Position numbers and translations under genes: made by a program
In this document: positions 63,201 to 64,000 of the stretch, one piece after another
How the letters are laid out: each line of letters starts with the position of its first letter
How positions within the stretch are numbered: position 1 is the first letter of the stretch
Source of the DNA: Dimorphilus gyrociliatus
Lineage: Eukaryota > Animalia > Annelida
Direction of reading: 5' to 3'
DNA: 64,000 bases
Assembly: GCA_904063045.1 (NCBI GenBank)
Contig: CAJFCJ010000004.1
Location: forward strand, 2,287,713 to 2,351,712
The notes under the pieces: model-generated
What the model saw: only the letters and a program-made list of their open reading frames with translations
What the model was told of the DNA's origin: nothing
The model's database searches: none

Positions 63201-63406
63201 CAGGTGTTATTGAATAATATGTTTTAGGTCCCGATACTATTACGCATTCAAATTGACTATTTTCATCCTCTAATTAAAAAAATTAGTAATTACAATATAT
63301 ACAGCTTTGCTATAGCTGTTAACTTACCACACACATTCTTTGAGTAGCAAGATATTTCCGTTAGAAACACAGAAAGTAGAGAAATAAAAATTAAATATCC
63401 TTTCAT
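60243..63406 (-). CDS. Single-pass membrane protein: signal peptide, Ig-like domain, possible SEA-like domain, EGF, TM, multi-exon cytoplasmic tail
   Basis: Signal-peptide exon 63406-63328; Ig-type FHCQF...YKWFLN...YKVSC; six-Cys EGF (CLNNACKTENNQVCYIREREAKCGCITSYVKVGSKC); TM VFYGILGGCLGAIFLILIIVIVVICV; last exon 60335-60243. Exons at 62750-62290 (micro-exons and SEA-like part) are less certain. Confidence 0.72.
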
Positions 63407-64000
63407 ATTAATCGTGACATAAGATAATGAATATTTCCTAAAAAGTGCTGTTCCTTTTATATTGTGCTTTTTATATTTTATAGATAAGTTATCTACTATC
63501 AAATTAAGACATGCGCAGAATGACTATTTCTAATATGAAATTGATTTATTAGAGAAAAGAAACAAAGCGTTTTTTAATAAAAAATGATTCGAAAAAGGAA
63601 ATAAAAATTTGGCAAAAGTTGATTCTTTGAGATAAAAGAGTAAAGATTTCTATTAATTATTATTATTATTATTATATATGAAATAGATATTAAATGCTAA
63701 GGTATTGTAATATATTTCATAGTTGTATCAGATTCATTGAACAATAAATTACTTCGGGAAACAAGAATTACTAATAGTAATATCTTTTAATTAATCGCCA
63801 AAATAGGATAAAGATAGCGTTAAAAGTAGGAAATGAAGAAATTAGAACTATCTATATGTATAAAAATAATCGTTTGAAAAATGTATAGTAAAATAGATAA
63901 AGAAAAGAAAACTACTCTTAAACTTTGCAGAAAGAAAAGAAAATCAATGTTTGATATTGCTTATCTTCAACTTAGTAGTTAAATTACTCCTATGTACTGA

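Noticed and set aside
1-64000. CRISPR arrays, rRNA, operons, prokaryotic or horizontally acquired islands
   Set aside because: No repeat-spacer arrays or rRNA motifs. All genes have spliceosomal introns and animal-type architecture. The FAEQ ending of the UGT signature resembles plant UGTs, but signal peptide, TM and di-lysine tail are animal-type.

Overview
AT-rich (roughly 70% by eye) animal genomic DNA with many very short GT-AG introns (about 55-70 nt). The ORF track therefore shows only exon fragments, and the gene models below were spliced by hand. The compactness and gene content suggest a small lophotrochozoan genome; a miniature annelid such as Dimorphilus is a guess, not a result. 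In order, the window holds: an orphan Pro-rich gene (+); a secreted PAN/apple-domain gene (-); tRNA-Lys(CTT); a large secreted protein with 9 VWA and 5 EGF domains (-); an NPR-like receptor guanylyl cyclase (+); a tandem UDP-glycosyltransferase (UGT) cluster of three intact genes and two pseudogenes; a PEAK1/pragmin-family pseudokinase (-); an 8 kb intergenic region; a RUSC-family RUN-domain gene (+); and two paralogous Ig-domain single-pass membrane genes (-). Highlights: (1) patchwork gene conversion in the UGT cluster, with a breakpoint at the position of the vertebrate UGT1A variable/constant exon boundary; (2) a PEAK pseudokinase with a collapsed C-lobe; (3) a strong excess of TATACAGTATA/TATACTGTATA motifs resembling Tc1/mariner excision footprints; (4) recurrent CTCF-like cores in intergenic DNA; (5) a receptor tail built from six in-frame Tyr-bearing mini-exons. 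No CRISPR, rRNA or prokaryotic features were seen. All homology calls come from motif recognition from memory, not from database searches.
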